Positions 41,041 to 50,126 of a stretch of DNA of 64,000 bases are shown piece by piece. The DNA is from a virus. Positions within the stretch are counted from its first letter, which is position 1; each line of letters begins with the position of its first letter. A model generated the notes under the pieces. The model had not been told where the DNA came from. It was given only the letters and a program-made list of their open reading frames with translations, and made no database searches. Location of the stretch: positions 1-64,000 of IMG/VR virus record IMGVR_UViG_3300027852_000003. One strand, 5' to 3'. The position numbers and the translations under genes were made by a program.

Positions 41041-42848
41041 AAAATTTTTATATTATATCCCCTACTTATAATGCCTCTAAATATATAAATGCCTGTATTT
41101 TATCTGTCAAAGATCAGGACACTAAAGGGATAATGGCAAAGCATATTGTTGTTGATGATGCTTCGGCCGACAGAACATGGGAAAAGATACAGAGCCACGA
41201 TGGGAGTATAGAGGCATACAGGCTGGAAAATAATTCCGGTTCTCCTCTTTCTTCGTTCCTCTGTGGAATATCAAAAATAGAAAACTTGGGAGACGATGAT
41301 ATTATTGCCTGGCTTGATGGTGATGATTGGCTTTTAGGGACAAAGGCCTTACAAGAAATTGTAACCGCCTATAGAAAATCATCTGCGGATATGGTTTATA
41401 GCCAGCATATTACTTATCACGGGCAAAAGGATGGGATACCAAACGTAACAATGGGGATCTCCACACCACTAAGTGATCCGACTCTGGCTCGTTATGCAAA
41501 AGTCGCTTATTCTCACTTTAGAACATTCAGGGCTGGAATGTTAAAAAATGTGCCTCCAGATACTTTGTTTGACCCATCTACCGGCAAACATTGGCAGACT
41601 TGCGGGGATTCGGCTTTGTTTATCCCTATGCTGGAAACAGCCAAAAAGGTAAGTTTCGTAAATCGCCCCTTATATGTTTATAACCGTGAGACAGATGGAA
41701 GCGAAGATAAAAAACCTGAATATTTTTCCAAAATGAATACTGTAAGAGTAAGAGATAGGGATACTTGCTTGAATAATAAAATGGAGTGGCACAACAAAAC
41801 ATATCGGCTTCCACCTACAAGACGATTCAAGGCAGACGTTGGGCGTATATGCGACCTAAGTTGCGAATTTTGTTACTATTCTCATATGGAAAAAAAGGAT
41901 AGGTGGTTTCTAACCTGGGAAGAGATGGAAAAAGTTTTGAGAAATGGAGTAGCCAGGGGAAATCTTTTTTGCGACTTTAGCGGGGGAGAACCAACAATTA
42001 TCCCTGATTTTGCCAAATGGATTTTTGGAGCAAGAAAGTTGGGATTATACCCTTGCGTTATTACTCATGGACAAAAAATAGAACCTAAATTGGAAGAATA
42101 TTGGGACTCAGGGCTTGAAGATATTCTTTTTTCTATTCATGGCTCTGAAAATATTCATAATAAGGTAACAAACACAAAAAATGGTTTCGCAAAAGTAAAC
42201 AAAGCTATAGAAAAATGCAATAGCAATAATTTTAAATTTCGCACCAATACTGTTTTAACCAGTAATTTTGAAGATTTAATAGGATTGGCTAATTATTTTG
42301 CTGAGGTTAAGCCACTAATCAGCAATTTTATTAACTTTAATCCCTATGATGAATGGTCTTGTATGGACAAGCAGGATTTTCAGGGAAAAAATTCCCAAAT
42401 TGCTCCTTTTCTAAAAAAAGCAATCGATATTTTAACTGCTGCCGGGGTTATGGTCAACATTCGATATTTTCCTATGTGTCTGCTGAAAGGATATGAAAAA
42501 CATATTTGCAATATTCCTCAAGTGATGCACGATGGCTATGAATGGGATTACAGCATTTTGCCTAAAGAGTTTTCGCCATATCTTGAGTATTCCAAGTGGC
42601 TTTCCGACAGAATAAATACGTTTGCTCCAAAATGTTTGGAATGTTCAATCCGAACAATATGCGGCGGGCTAAATAGCGGATATTACAAAAATATAGGGGA
42701 CTTAGAGTTAGCCCCTTATTCGGATAATGAGTTAACCGACCCACTTTATTTCAGGGTTAATGTTCCCCCCAAACAATTAAATACCTATGTAGGGCATAAT
42801 TTTTGGTGGTGCAAGGAGAGATATGCAGGGTTACGAAACAAAACTTAA
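41037..42848 (+). CDS. Fusion protein: N-terminal GT2-type glycosyltransferase plus C-terminal radical-SAM/SPASM-like domain
   Basis: GT-A signatures SPTYNASKYI, VVDDASAD and LDGDDW. Radical-SAM motif CDLSCEFC (CxxxCxxC), SGGEPT, and C-terminal CLECSIRTICGG. Confidence 0.85.
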   Translation: MKNFYIISPTYNASKYINACILSVKDQDTKGIMAKHIVVDDASADRTWEKIQSHDGSIEAYRLENNSGSPLSSFLCGISKIENLGDDDIIAWLDGDDWLLGTKALQEIVTAYRKSSADMVYSQHITYHGQKDGIPNVTMGISTPLSDPTLARYAKVAYSHFRTFRAGMLKNVPPDTLFDPSTGKHWQTCGDSALFIPMLETAKKVSFVNRPLYVYNRETDGSEDKKPEYFSKMNTVRVRDRDTCLNNKMEWHNKTYRLPPTRRFKADVGRICDLSCEFCYYSHMEKKDRWFLTWEEMEKVLRNGVARGNLFCDFSGGEPTIIPDFAKWIFGARKLGLYPCVITHGQKIEPKLEEYWDSGLEDILFSIHGSENIHNKVTNTKNGFAKVNKAIEKCNSNNFKFRTNTVLTSNFEDLIGLANYFAEVKPLISNFINFNPYDEWSCMDKQDFQGKNSQIAPFLKKAIDILTAAGVMVNIRYFPMCLLKGYEKHICNIPQVMHDGYEWDYSILPKEFSPYLEYSKWLSDRINTFAPKCLECSIRTICGGLNSGYYKNIGDLELAPYSDNELTDPLYFRVNVPPKQLNTYVGHNFWWCKERYAGLRNKT

Positions 42849-43524
42849 GCTTCCAGCTAACTTGTCTTTGGAAAATATGAGTGATTTGCCTAAAATTTTT
42901 ATAGGAACTCCATGGAGCGTTCCTTATATCCCAGCAGCTTTCACTCTTTCTTTGCGGAATATGCTGGTTCCCTTACCCCATGTTTTCGATTTTGTTGCTG
43001 CAAGACACGTTGTCGATGCCAGAAACGCAATAGTCAAGTTAGCTATCGATAACAATTTTGATTTTGTTATGATGCTTGATGCTGATCAATCCTTCCCTTC
43101 TAATTTTTTCATAGAATTATGGAAAATCGTTCAGCAAGACCCGGAGAATAATATTGCTACAGGATGGGCAATAATTAAGACTGGGAAATATGCGGGCAAA
43201 ACAAGCGTTTGCAAATGGAAAAATGGAGATTTTTATGCAGAAGACCCCAAAAAAGTTAGCATACGTAAGAAACCTTTCCAGACCGATGGTTTCGGGACGT
43301 GTGGTTTCCTATGCAGTACCAAAATTTTTAAGCGACTCACATTTCCCTGGTTCACCGACATCAACATTATTTGTGAGGAAAACAGATTGGGACAATTTTA
43401 TGTTGCGACAGAGTTTGCAATGGGACAAGACCTTTGTTTCAGCATTAAAGCTAAAGAGGTTGGAGCAAGATTGATTTGCCATCCCAAAATGAAAATGCCG
43501 CATCAGGTGTTGCAAAATATATAA
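42823..43524 (+). CDS. GT-A fold glycosyltransferase-like protein
   Basis: FDFVMMLDADQSFP is a DxD motif. AAGGAGAGAT lies upstream of the ATG. Confidence 0.65.
   Translation: MQGYETKLKLPANLSLENMSDLPKIFIGTPWSVPYIPAAFTLSLRNMLVPLPHVFDFVAARHVVDARNAIVKLAIDNNFDFVMMLDADQSFPSNFFIELWKIVQQDPENNIATGWAIIKTGKYAGKTSVCKWKNGDFYAEDPKKVSIRKKPFQTDGFGTCGFLCSTKIFKRLTFPWFTDINIICEENRLGQFYVATEFAMGQDLCFSIKAKEVGARLICHPKMKMPHQVLQNI
43503..43520. repeat. 18-bp direct repeat TCAGGTGTTGCAAAATAT, copy 1 (copy 2 at 43880..43897)
   Basis: Exact match. Copy 1 is the 3' end of the glycosyltransferase gene. Confidence 0.9.
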
Positions 43525-43569
43525 CAAGTTATTATGCGGGTTTACAATTTTAAAAGAGGCATAAAAGGC

Positions 43570-43719
43570 ATGAAAACAAAAATTGACAAAAATCACTATC
43601 GGAACTTATGGCTTCAGTGTTTAGAAGTCATAAACAACATAGATAAAATAATCCAGGATTATAAAAATCCAAATAGACCGACAGAAGAAGAATGCAAGAA
43701 GCCTATTCATAAAATATAA
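43570..43719 (+). CDS. Possible small protein (49 aa) inside the repeat-flanked insert
   Basis: ATG at 43570 lies within track ORF 43534..43719. The SD is weak. Confidence 0.3.
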   Translation: MKTKIDKNHYRNLWLQCLEVINNIDKIIQDYKNPNRPTEEECKKPIHKI

Positions 43720-43851
43720 ACGTAAACCTGATGATTAAAATGATAAATTTTATAACCCAGACACGCTATCAAGCCTCGTTATTTACAACGTGGCTTGACG
43801 GGCTTTGTCTTTGGTAAGATTTTACCGTCACAGACTTAGGCATAGGCTTTT

Positions 43852-43879
43852 CCCCGTCTCTTACAAGACGGGGTTTACC
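43852..43879 (+). terminator. Hairpin CCCCGTCT-CTTACA-AGACGGGG followed by TTTACC
   Basis: 8-bp GC-rich stem at 43852-43859/43866-43873. Confidence 0.5.
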
Positions 43880-43968
43880 TCAGGTGTTGCAAAATATTTA
43901 ACGCCAAAATCAGCGGCATAATCTTTTCGTGCCAGTTGAATTTGGTATTAGGATGAGGAGTTTTGTAG

Positions 43969-44166
43969 GTGTACTACAATGATGTAACTGCACGATTTCT
44001 TATCGCTAATGGATGTGCTTCTATTGGGGATTATCAGGTTTTGTCGAGCTATTATGAAAACCGAGGATTTGTTTCGATTCCTCGGAAGTGGCAGAAACCA
44101 TATATAAAACAAAATGATGTGGGATCGAAACCTCAACTATTAATTGATTACCTGGAGGGAAAATAA
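43969..44166 (+). CDS. Hypothetical protein (65 aa), GTG start
   Basis: GAGGAG lies 8 nt upstream of the GTG at 43969. Confidence 0.45.
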   Translation: MYYNDVTARFLIANGCASIGDYQVLSSYYENRGFVSIPRKWQKPYIKQNDVGSKPQLLIDYLEGK

Positions 44167-44186
44167 CTTTTTTAAAAGGATAAACT

Positions 44187-44705
44187 TTGCCAAGTTCAAG
44201 ACCATTTTTTTTAGAATATTTTTGCGATGTTTTAGTAGCGAATAAACCAAAATCTATTCTGGATATTGGTTGCGGACATGGGAAATTCGGTTTCTTGGCC
44301 AGAGAATACACGGATGTGTGGAACGGAGATTATTGGAAAAGGAAGGTACAGATTGACGCTGTAGAAATTTTTCCCAAATATATAGGAAAATTACAAAAAG
44401 AAATTTATGACAATATTTACATAGATGATGCCCTAAAGGTTCTTCCAAAATTGGATAAATACGAAATGATTGTTTGTGCCGATGTTTTGGAGCATTTTTC
44501 TACTGACAGGGGCATTGTTTTGTTGGATTCCATCAAAGTAAAGTCTGATTTTGGAATGGTAATAACGCCTGTAAAAGTATCAAAACAGAAAGAAGAATAT
44601 GGGAACAAATACGAAACTCATTGTTCTCAGTGGAGCAGAGAAAGGCTGGAAAATTGGGGAATAGTGTATAGAAGTAATAATGCCTATCTTTTGGAGGTAA
44701 GGTGA
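44187..44705 (+). CDS. Class I SAM-dependent methyltransferase
   Basis: ILDIGCGHGKFG motif I and VCADVLEH motif. Apparent TTG start. Confidence 0.75.
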   Translation: MPSSRPFFLEYFCDVLVANKPKSILDIGCGHGKFGFLAREYTDVWNGDYWKRKVQIDAVEIFPKYIGKLQKEIYDNIYIDDALKVLPKLDKYEMIVCADVLEHFSTDRGIVLLDSIKVKSDFGMVITPVKVSKQKEEYGNKYETHCSQWSRERLENWGIVYRSNNAYLLEVR

Positions 44706-44899
44706 TCGAGGCTGATTATATAGTTGAAAAATTAGATAGCATGAAAGTTCCTAATTATCGCAAACGTAGGACTTGTTGGCGATGTGGACAAATTAATTGG
44801 TGCGAAAAAATGCGCAAGGCAGGGAGTAAGTGGTTCTGTGTTGATCCGCCTTGTTACAATCCTCCACAGAAAGGGAAACAAGGAGGAGATAGTGCTTAA
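44702..44899 (+). CDS. Cys-rich small protein (65 aa, 6 Cys), GTG start
   Basis: GGAGGTAAG lies upstream of the GTG. Contains CWRCGQINWC...FCVDPPC. Confidence 0.55.
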   Translation: MIEADYIVEKLDSMKVPNYRKRRTCWRCGQINWCEKMRKAGSKWFCVDPPCYNPPQKGKQGGDSA

Positions 44900-44920
44900 A
44901 ATTCAAAAAAGGAAGACAAG

Positions 44921-45403
44921 ATGGGTGGTCATTTTAAAGATGCAGAATTGTATTTAACTGGAAGTATACCAAAGATAAAGCTACAAGGAACAGAAGACGA
45001 CGCTAAAAATTTGTCTATCAGAGAAAATGCCGGGAGTATAGATATTTATAATGAAACGTCTGCGACGGTAGAAGCCTCTTTTACAACAACCGAACTATTG
45101 TTCCTTTCACGGTTTGTTACTGCTCCCAACACAGAAATATTGGCGGCCACAAAAACACTCGTGGTTACCGATTCGCTTATTCAATTTTTAGATCCGGGGG
45201 GCGCAGGCAGGCAAATAAACCTTCCCGCAGAAGCAAGTTCAGACCGCCTGATGTTTTTTTTGGTTAATGCCGCTGATGCTGATGAGGTTTTAACAGTTAA
45301 GGACGATGGTGGAACAACTATTCTTTTGATAGACCAGAATGAGATTGGTTTTACTATTTGTGATGGTACTTCCTGGAAGGGTGGAAGGATCATAAAGGGA
45401 TAA
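44921..45403 (+). CDS. Hypothetical virion protein (160 aa)
   Basis: ORF track entry, first gene after the cassette. Confidence 0.7.
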   Translation: MGGHFKDAELYLTGSIPKIKLQGTEDDAKNLSIRENAGSIDIYNETSATVEASFTTTELLFLSRFVTAPNTEILAATKTLVVTDSLIQFLDPGGAGRQINLPAEASSDRLMFFLVNAADADEVLTVKDDGGTTILLIDQNEIGFTICDGTSWKGGRIIKG

Positions 45404-45405
45404 CA

Positions 45406-46380
45406 ATGGACGATAGCCTTCGAGAAATAAGAGAAGAATGCCAAAGACGGCTAAGAGAGGTATCGGGGTCACCTGTCTTTTGGCCTATTGAAACTTTAAA
45501 CAAATATATTAATGATGGATACCTTGATATTACGAGAAGAACTGGTTGTTTATGGGATCGGGTTATCCTTAATCCAAGTGGATTGTCAAGTATGACAATG
45601 GACGCAGACAGGACAGTTGGTGACGGAGAGGTGATGACCATCCCCTTAACTTCTGGCGGCTCGTATGACATAAACGGATACACTCTATTATGGGAAGATG
45701 GGGGGCTTATCCAATGGTTTGAAGGAAATAATGATAGCAATAGAAAGTTTACTCTTCCAACGAATGTATTTGAAATCCCCAGGAAAAGAGTGGTTTATGA
45801 CGAAAGCAATCATCTTGAATTTAAAACTTTAGATTTAATGGACAAAGAAAACGAAAAATGGGAGAGCAACGATCCGGGGACTCCTCGATCATGGATGCAA
45901 AAAGATACTCGCTCTATTTATGTTGATCCTCCAGTTGCTGATGCGGGAGAAACCTATACTTGCGGTTCTGATGTCGGAAGAGCTGTGAGGATTGTTGATT
46001 CGGAGAATACTTATACTTTTTCTTCTGAAGTTGGCCGGATTGTAAGGATACAAGACGATAATGCGGAAGGCGATTGTTATTCTTTTACTTCTGAAACAGG
46101 AGTAGTTGTTAGGACGGCGACCCCTGTAGGCAATATATCAATCTGGTATAAAAAAGAACCTGACGAATTGATAGATGGCGGGGATTCACCTGAAATGCAC
46201 GAAATTTTTAAATACGTTCTCTACTCGTATGTTTTGTGGAAAGCGTTATCGTTAAAGGGAGAGGGCCAGAATTTAAAAATTGCTATGGTTCATTTGGAAG
46301 AATATGAACTGCAATTAGCAGATCTGATGGCAATAGGAAAAGGCATGGTAAGAGGGCATAGAACAAGATTGCAAAGTTAG
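45406..46380 (+). CDS. Neck/adaptor-like protein (324 aa), distant paralog of 46555..47208
   Basis: The N-terminal pattern ...LNKYINDGYLDITRRTGCLW compares with ...ALANEAQFRLNLLTECVW. The function is inferred from position. Confidence 0.6.
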   Translation: MDDSLREIREECQRRLREVSGSPVFWPIETLNKYINDGYLDITRRTGCLWDRVILNPSGLSSMTMDADRTVGDGEVMTIPLTSGGSYDINGYTLLWEDGGLIQWFEGNNDSNRKFTLPTNVFEIPRKRVVYDESNHLEFKTLDLMDKENEKWESNDPGTPRSWMQKDTRSIYVDPPVADAGETYTCGSDVGRAVRIVDSENTYTFSSEVGRIVRIQDDNAEGDCYSFTSETGVVVRTATPVGNISIWYKKEPDELIDGGDSPEMHEIFKYVLYSYVLWKALSLKGEGQNLKIAMVHLEEYELQLADLMAIGKGMVRGHRTRLQS

Positions 46381-46392
46381 GAGATATAAACG

Positions 46393-46551
46393 ATGCCACT
46401 GTTAACAAGCTCAGGAAAAAGAATTTTAAGCCAGATGAAAGGGGAATATGGGGAGGAAAAAGGAAAAAAAGTTTTTTATTCTTCCATCAACAAGAAGAAA
46501 AAAGGAGTTAAAAGGTGGCATAGGACTATAAAAAATAGAAGGGGAAAATAG
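46393..46551 (+). CDS. Small basic protein (52 aa)
   Basis: AGGAGATATAAACG lies upstream of the ATG. Below the track's cutoff. Confidence 0.4.
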   Translation: MPLLTSSGKRILSQMKGEYGEEKGKKVFYSSINKKKKGVKRWHRTIKNRRGK

Positions 46552-46554
46552 GCA

Positions 46555-47208
46555 GTGGCAAACAATTCTATTCTAACTTTGGCCGAAATTCAGGCAGATG
46601 TTTACTCTAATCTTGACGAAATATCTGACGAAACAGGGTTTTTTAGTGATGCCGAAATTACTGCTCTTGCCAATGAAGCTCAATTCAGGTTGAATCTTTT
46701 AACCGAATGTGTTTGGGCATTAGTAACCAGAAATGTATATAAAAATCAAACTTATCTTGAGCTTCCTGACGACACTCTGAGGATAAAAAGAGTTTTTTAT
46801 GAGGAATCAGACAACGAGAGGGTACTCGATTGGGAAACATGGGGTTTTTTGGATGACAATAATGAAGGATGGGAGGGCGATTCCTGGGGAGTCCCGGATT
46901 ATTTTTTTCTTTACGACGTAAACAAAAAGCTTTACATGGATAAACCTTTTCAGGCAGATACCACAATCCAGATTGATTATGTGCAAATTCCGGTAGAGCT
47001 TTCTCTCTCTACTGATGTTTCTGCTCTAGACAGTTCGCTGCATGATTGCATAGTATTATTTTGTATGTATAAATTAACGATGAAAGAGATGGACAGCAGC
47101 AAGATAGCCGAAGCAAAAGGTTATCTTAATGAATTTTATTCTAAAGCAACCGAGTTCAAGAAGCCAAGTTTGAAACGTAAAAGAGGAAGACAGAGCAGGT
47201 TGGGATAA
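46555..47208 (+). CDS. Neck/adaptor-like protein (217 aa), GTG start
   Basis: ORF track entry. Confidence 0.65.
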   Translation: MANNSILTLAEIQADVYSNLDEISDETGFFSDAEITALANEAQFRLNLLTECVWALVTRNVYKNQTYLELPDDTLRIKRVFYEESDNERVLDWETWGFLDDNNEGWEGDSWGVPDYFFLYDVNKKLYMDKPFQADTTIQIDYVQIPVELSLSTDVSALDSSLHDCIVLFCMYKLTMKEMDSSKIAEAKGYLNEFYSKATEFKKPSLKRKRGRQSRLG

Positions 47209-47215
47209 TTAAACT

Positions 47216-48328
47216 ATGGCAGACAAACAAGTAACAGTTGAACCAATAGGATACGAAGACTTAAGTTTTAAAACTTCCGGGGCGGCTGAAGCTACTTTTA
47301 GCCGGACTACTTCTACCGGAGGCTCGCAAACAATAAAGAAAATAGACGCTGCCCATTTTCAATTTCGCTCTATCGCAAAACAAGTAGAAGACTTGATAGA
47401 TGGTGGATACGATATTGAGATAAAGCCGAGCAAATACAGCAGTTCTATGGCAACAAATACATGGAGTAAGTTAGAAAAAACACAATCTGGCGATCCAACT
47501 TCTACAGGATACAGGTTATACCAACACCCGGAAATTTATGTAGAACCCACAAATGTTGTTGATCTTACCGTAAATCATTCCTACGAAGCCGGAACACCTA
47601 CATTTACCGCCGCTTACTACGCTAAAATTCATTCAGATATGGCTCATAGGCTTGAAAATAGAGCGATAGGGTTTTTGCACGATCTTCATGCTTCGGGACC
47701 AGCTTACGATAATGCGGCAATTCGGACTTTTGCCGTCATGGATTATGATGGAGGCGATGGCACGACAGATCAACATTCTGATATGGATGTAATAACCTAT
47801 GGGGTTTCTGTTTCGGGGAACACTCCGGGGATGAATTATTCTTTTGTGGAAGGGCAAATAAATGTTGAAAGTACTGCAACCGGCGGAGGTGGTTCTGCTG
47901 TTGGGCATCATAGAATCTTAGTTCATGATTCTGCCGGAGCCTGGAGTCATTACGGGTTGATAATGTGTGTGATGAAAGATGATCCCGCTGCGAATTATGA
48001 TGACTTTAGAGCGAAAGATGGGATTCTCTTGAGGGGTAAATGGGAAAATTTGGTAAAAGTAGAGCCATCAGACGGGGCAGCGAGCGGTGGATATTGTGGC
48101 TCTCCCAAATGTGATTTTTCAATTTGTGGAATAGATTTGTCTGGGGCTGATTTCACGGCAGGGATTCCGGGATTGCGTCTTGCGGCGGACATGAGCATTG
48201 ATTTGGATGGGGTTTCTGCTCCTAACTCAACAAAAATAGTTTACAATTCGGCAGACGACAGGATTGATTTTTATTTAAACGGAGTGATAGAGGGATATAT
48301 TGATACTAATGGTTTTGTCAGTACATAG
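47216..48328 (+). CDS. Receptor-binding/tail fiber protein 1
   Basis: The N-terminal ~40 aa are shared with the next gene (MA.KQVTVE.IG...TFSRTTS.GGSQTI.K). Confidence 0.7.
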   Translation: MADKQVTVEPIGYEDLSFKTSGAAEATFSRTTSTGGSQTIKKIDAAHFQFRSIAKQVEDLIDGGYDIEIKPSKYSSSMATNTWSKLEKTQSGDPTSTGYRLYQHPEIYVEPTNVVDLTVNHSYEAGTPTFTAAYYAKIHSDMAHRLENRAIGFLHDLHASGPAYDNAAIRTFAVMDYDGGDGTTDQHSDMDVITYGVSVSGNTPGMNYSFVEGQINVESTATGGGGSAVGHHRILVHDSAGAWSHYGLIMCVMKDDPAANYDDFRAKDGILLRGKWENLVKVEPSDGAASGGYCGSPKCDFSICGIDLSGADFTAGIPGLRLAADMSIDLDGVSAPNSTKIVYNSADDRIDFYLNGVIEGYIDTNGFVST

Positions 48329-48348
48329 ACAAAGAAAAGAAGGCAGAC

Positions 48349-50112
48349 ATGGCGATTAAACAAGTTACGGTAGAAAAGATAGGGCAGAATGATTTTGATT
48401 TTTATGATAATCCTGCCAGTAAAACATTCTCCAGAACTACCAGTATCGGAGGTTCTCAAACAATAAACAAATTTGGATATGTGGTGGATGTTTTATGGGC
48501 ATACGGGAATGGAACTGCTTATACTGACGCTGCCATATCTTCGGCACTTACAGCAGTAGGGTCTTCCAATAAATGTATTTTCCTTCTCTATCCCGGTACG
48601 TGGACAATATCAAATAATATAACGATTACCTCCAATATCGAACTCTTGGTTCCTGCCGGGGCAACCATTTCTGTTGATTCTGGGAAAACTTTTACTATCG
48701 GCGGTTCATTAAATGCCGGGATATATCCAATTTTCAGCGGGGCGGGAACGGTGGCTTTTTCTTCCGGGATTAATCTTGCGACATATCCTGAATGGTGGGA
48801 TAAAACCACTGTTGCTGAATCGATACAGGCTGCTGTAGATGTTTTATACGCTTGCGGAGGCGGGGATATAAAATTGACCCGTTTTGATTATGATCTTGGA
48901 CTGGTCGGAGTAAATGTAAAAGACAAAGTCTCTATAACGGCCAGTGAGGGAATTGATTTTCAGCGTACCTCTACCGCCGCTGGAGCCGCCAGAACGGTTG
49001 TAACTTACACAGGGACAGGGTATGCCTTTAATATTGGCGATGGTTCGTATGATTGCAGAGGAGCTGTAATCTCCGGGTTTGAAATATTTGGGGATAGCAC
49101 TGGAGCCGGGGGTATTCGTATAAGCAGCGATGCTGGTAGTAGTTGCAGTGGTAATTTAATCAAGGATATGGCAATAAATGGAATTGCCGGAACCGGGATT
49201 GATTTGGTAAATTATTGCTGGAGTAACAAAATAGAAAACCCGCACATCAAGCATTGCACTACAGCCATTGATTTGCAGGAGGCGGCGAACGACACAACCA
49301 TATATGCCCCAAGTATTCATACATGTACTACCGGCATCAGACTTGGAAAAGGATCGGGGACAGAGCAATATGGGATTAGAGTTATAGCTCCCGTGATAGA
49401 ACAATGCACCACTGGTATTTTGTCTAATGCTCCTACAAAAATATGGACGATGACAGCCCCTTACTTTGAGGACTGCACTTCCTCTTTAACGATAGCAGGT
49501 GGCGGAGTAATTAATTGCTTTGGAGGAAACTTTGACATCCCCAGTGCCGCACCTTACGGAATTTTAATTTCCGGTGGAGCCGTTGTCAATCTCCTCGGAA
49601 TAGTTTTTTCGAGTGCTAGCTCAAGTAACAATTGCATATCTATCACTGGCGCACCCGAAGTTGACGGCGTTATTTCAGCCGCAAATCTGTCCGGCAGGAA
49701 TTTGGTGAGTATCGCTGACGATACAAATTTAAGAAATTTAAGAATACGAGATGAGTATGCAAATGAGGTTACTGACTATACTACCAGGCATAACACTTAT
49801 TTCGCAGGGGCTTACGACGAGTCATGGAGAGGGTTTTACATAAAAGGAGACGATCACCCAAGAGTTGCCATGGGAAGTAATATGATAATGATGGGAGATG
49901 GAACAATAGCTCCCAACGCCCAGGTGTGGGCATCGTCCCATTTGTTTACTCTACAGGGTGATACGAGTGCTAAAATCGGAAGTGGGACATGGGATACAGG
50001 GCATATCCAATTAGGGGATTATCATATCTGGGTTGAAAGTGGCAAGTTGATGATTAAGAATGGCGCGCCCACTGGTGCCGGTCAAGGAACAGTGATAGGA
50101 ACACAAACCTAA
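48349..50112 (+). CDS. Tailspike with a pectate-lyase-like beta-helix (probable depolymerase)
   Basis: Shares the N-terminal anchor. YGNGTAYTDAAISSAL...LLYPGTWTISNNITITSNIELLVPAGATI and repeated G-x-I motifs are typical of right-handed beta-helix spikes. Confidence 0.7.
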   Translation: MAIKQVTVEKIGQNDFDFYDNPASKTFSRTTSIGGSQTINKFGYVVDVLWAYGNGTAYTDAAISSALTAVGSSNKCIFLLYPGTWTISNNITITSNIELLVPAGATISVDSGKTFTIGGSLNAGIYPIFSGAGTVAFSSGINLATYPEWWDKTTVAESIQAAVDVLYACGGGDIKLTRFDYDLGLVGVNVKDKVSITASEGIDFQRTSTAAGAARTVVTYTGTGYAFNIGDGSYDCRGAVISGFEIFGDSTGAGGIRISSDAGSSCSGNLIKDMAINGIAGTGIDLVNYCWSNKIENPHIKHCTTAIDLQEAANDTTIYAPSIHTCTTGIRLGKGSGTEQYGIRVIAPVIEQCTTGILSNAPTKIWTMTAPYFEDCTSSLTIAGGGVINCFGGNFDIPSAAPYGILISGGAVVNLLGIVFSSASSSNNCISITGAPEVDGVISAANLSGRNLVSIADDTNLRNLRIRDEYANEVTDYTTRHNTYFAGAYDESWRGFYIKGDDHPRVAMGSNMIMMGDGTIAPNAQVWASSHLFTLQGDTSAKIGSGTWDTGHIQLGDYHIWVESGKLMIKNGAPTGAGQGTVIGTQT

Positions 50113-50126
50113 AAAAGTTGGGAATA

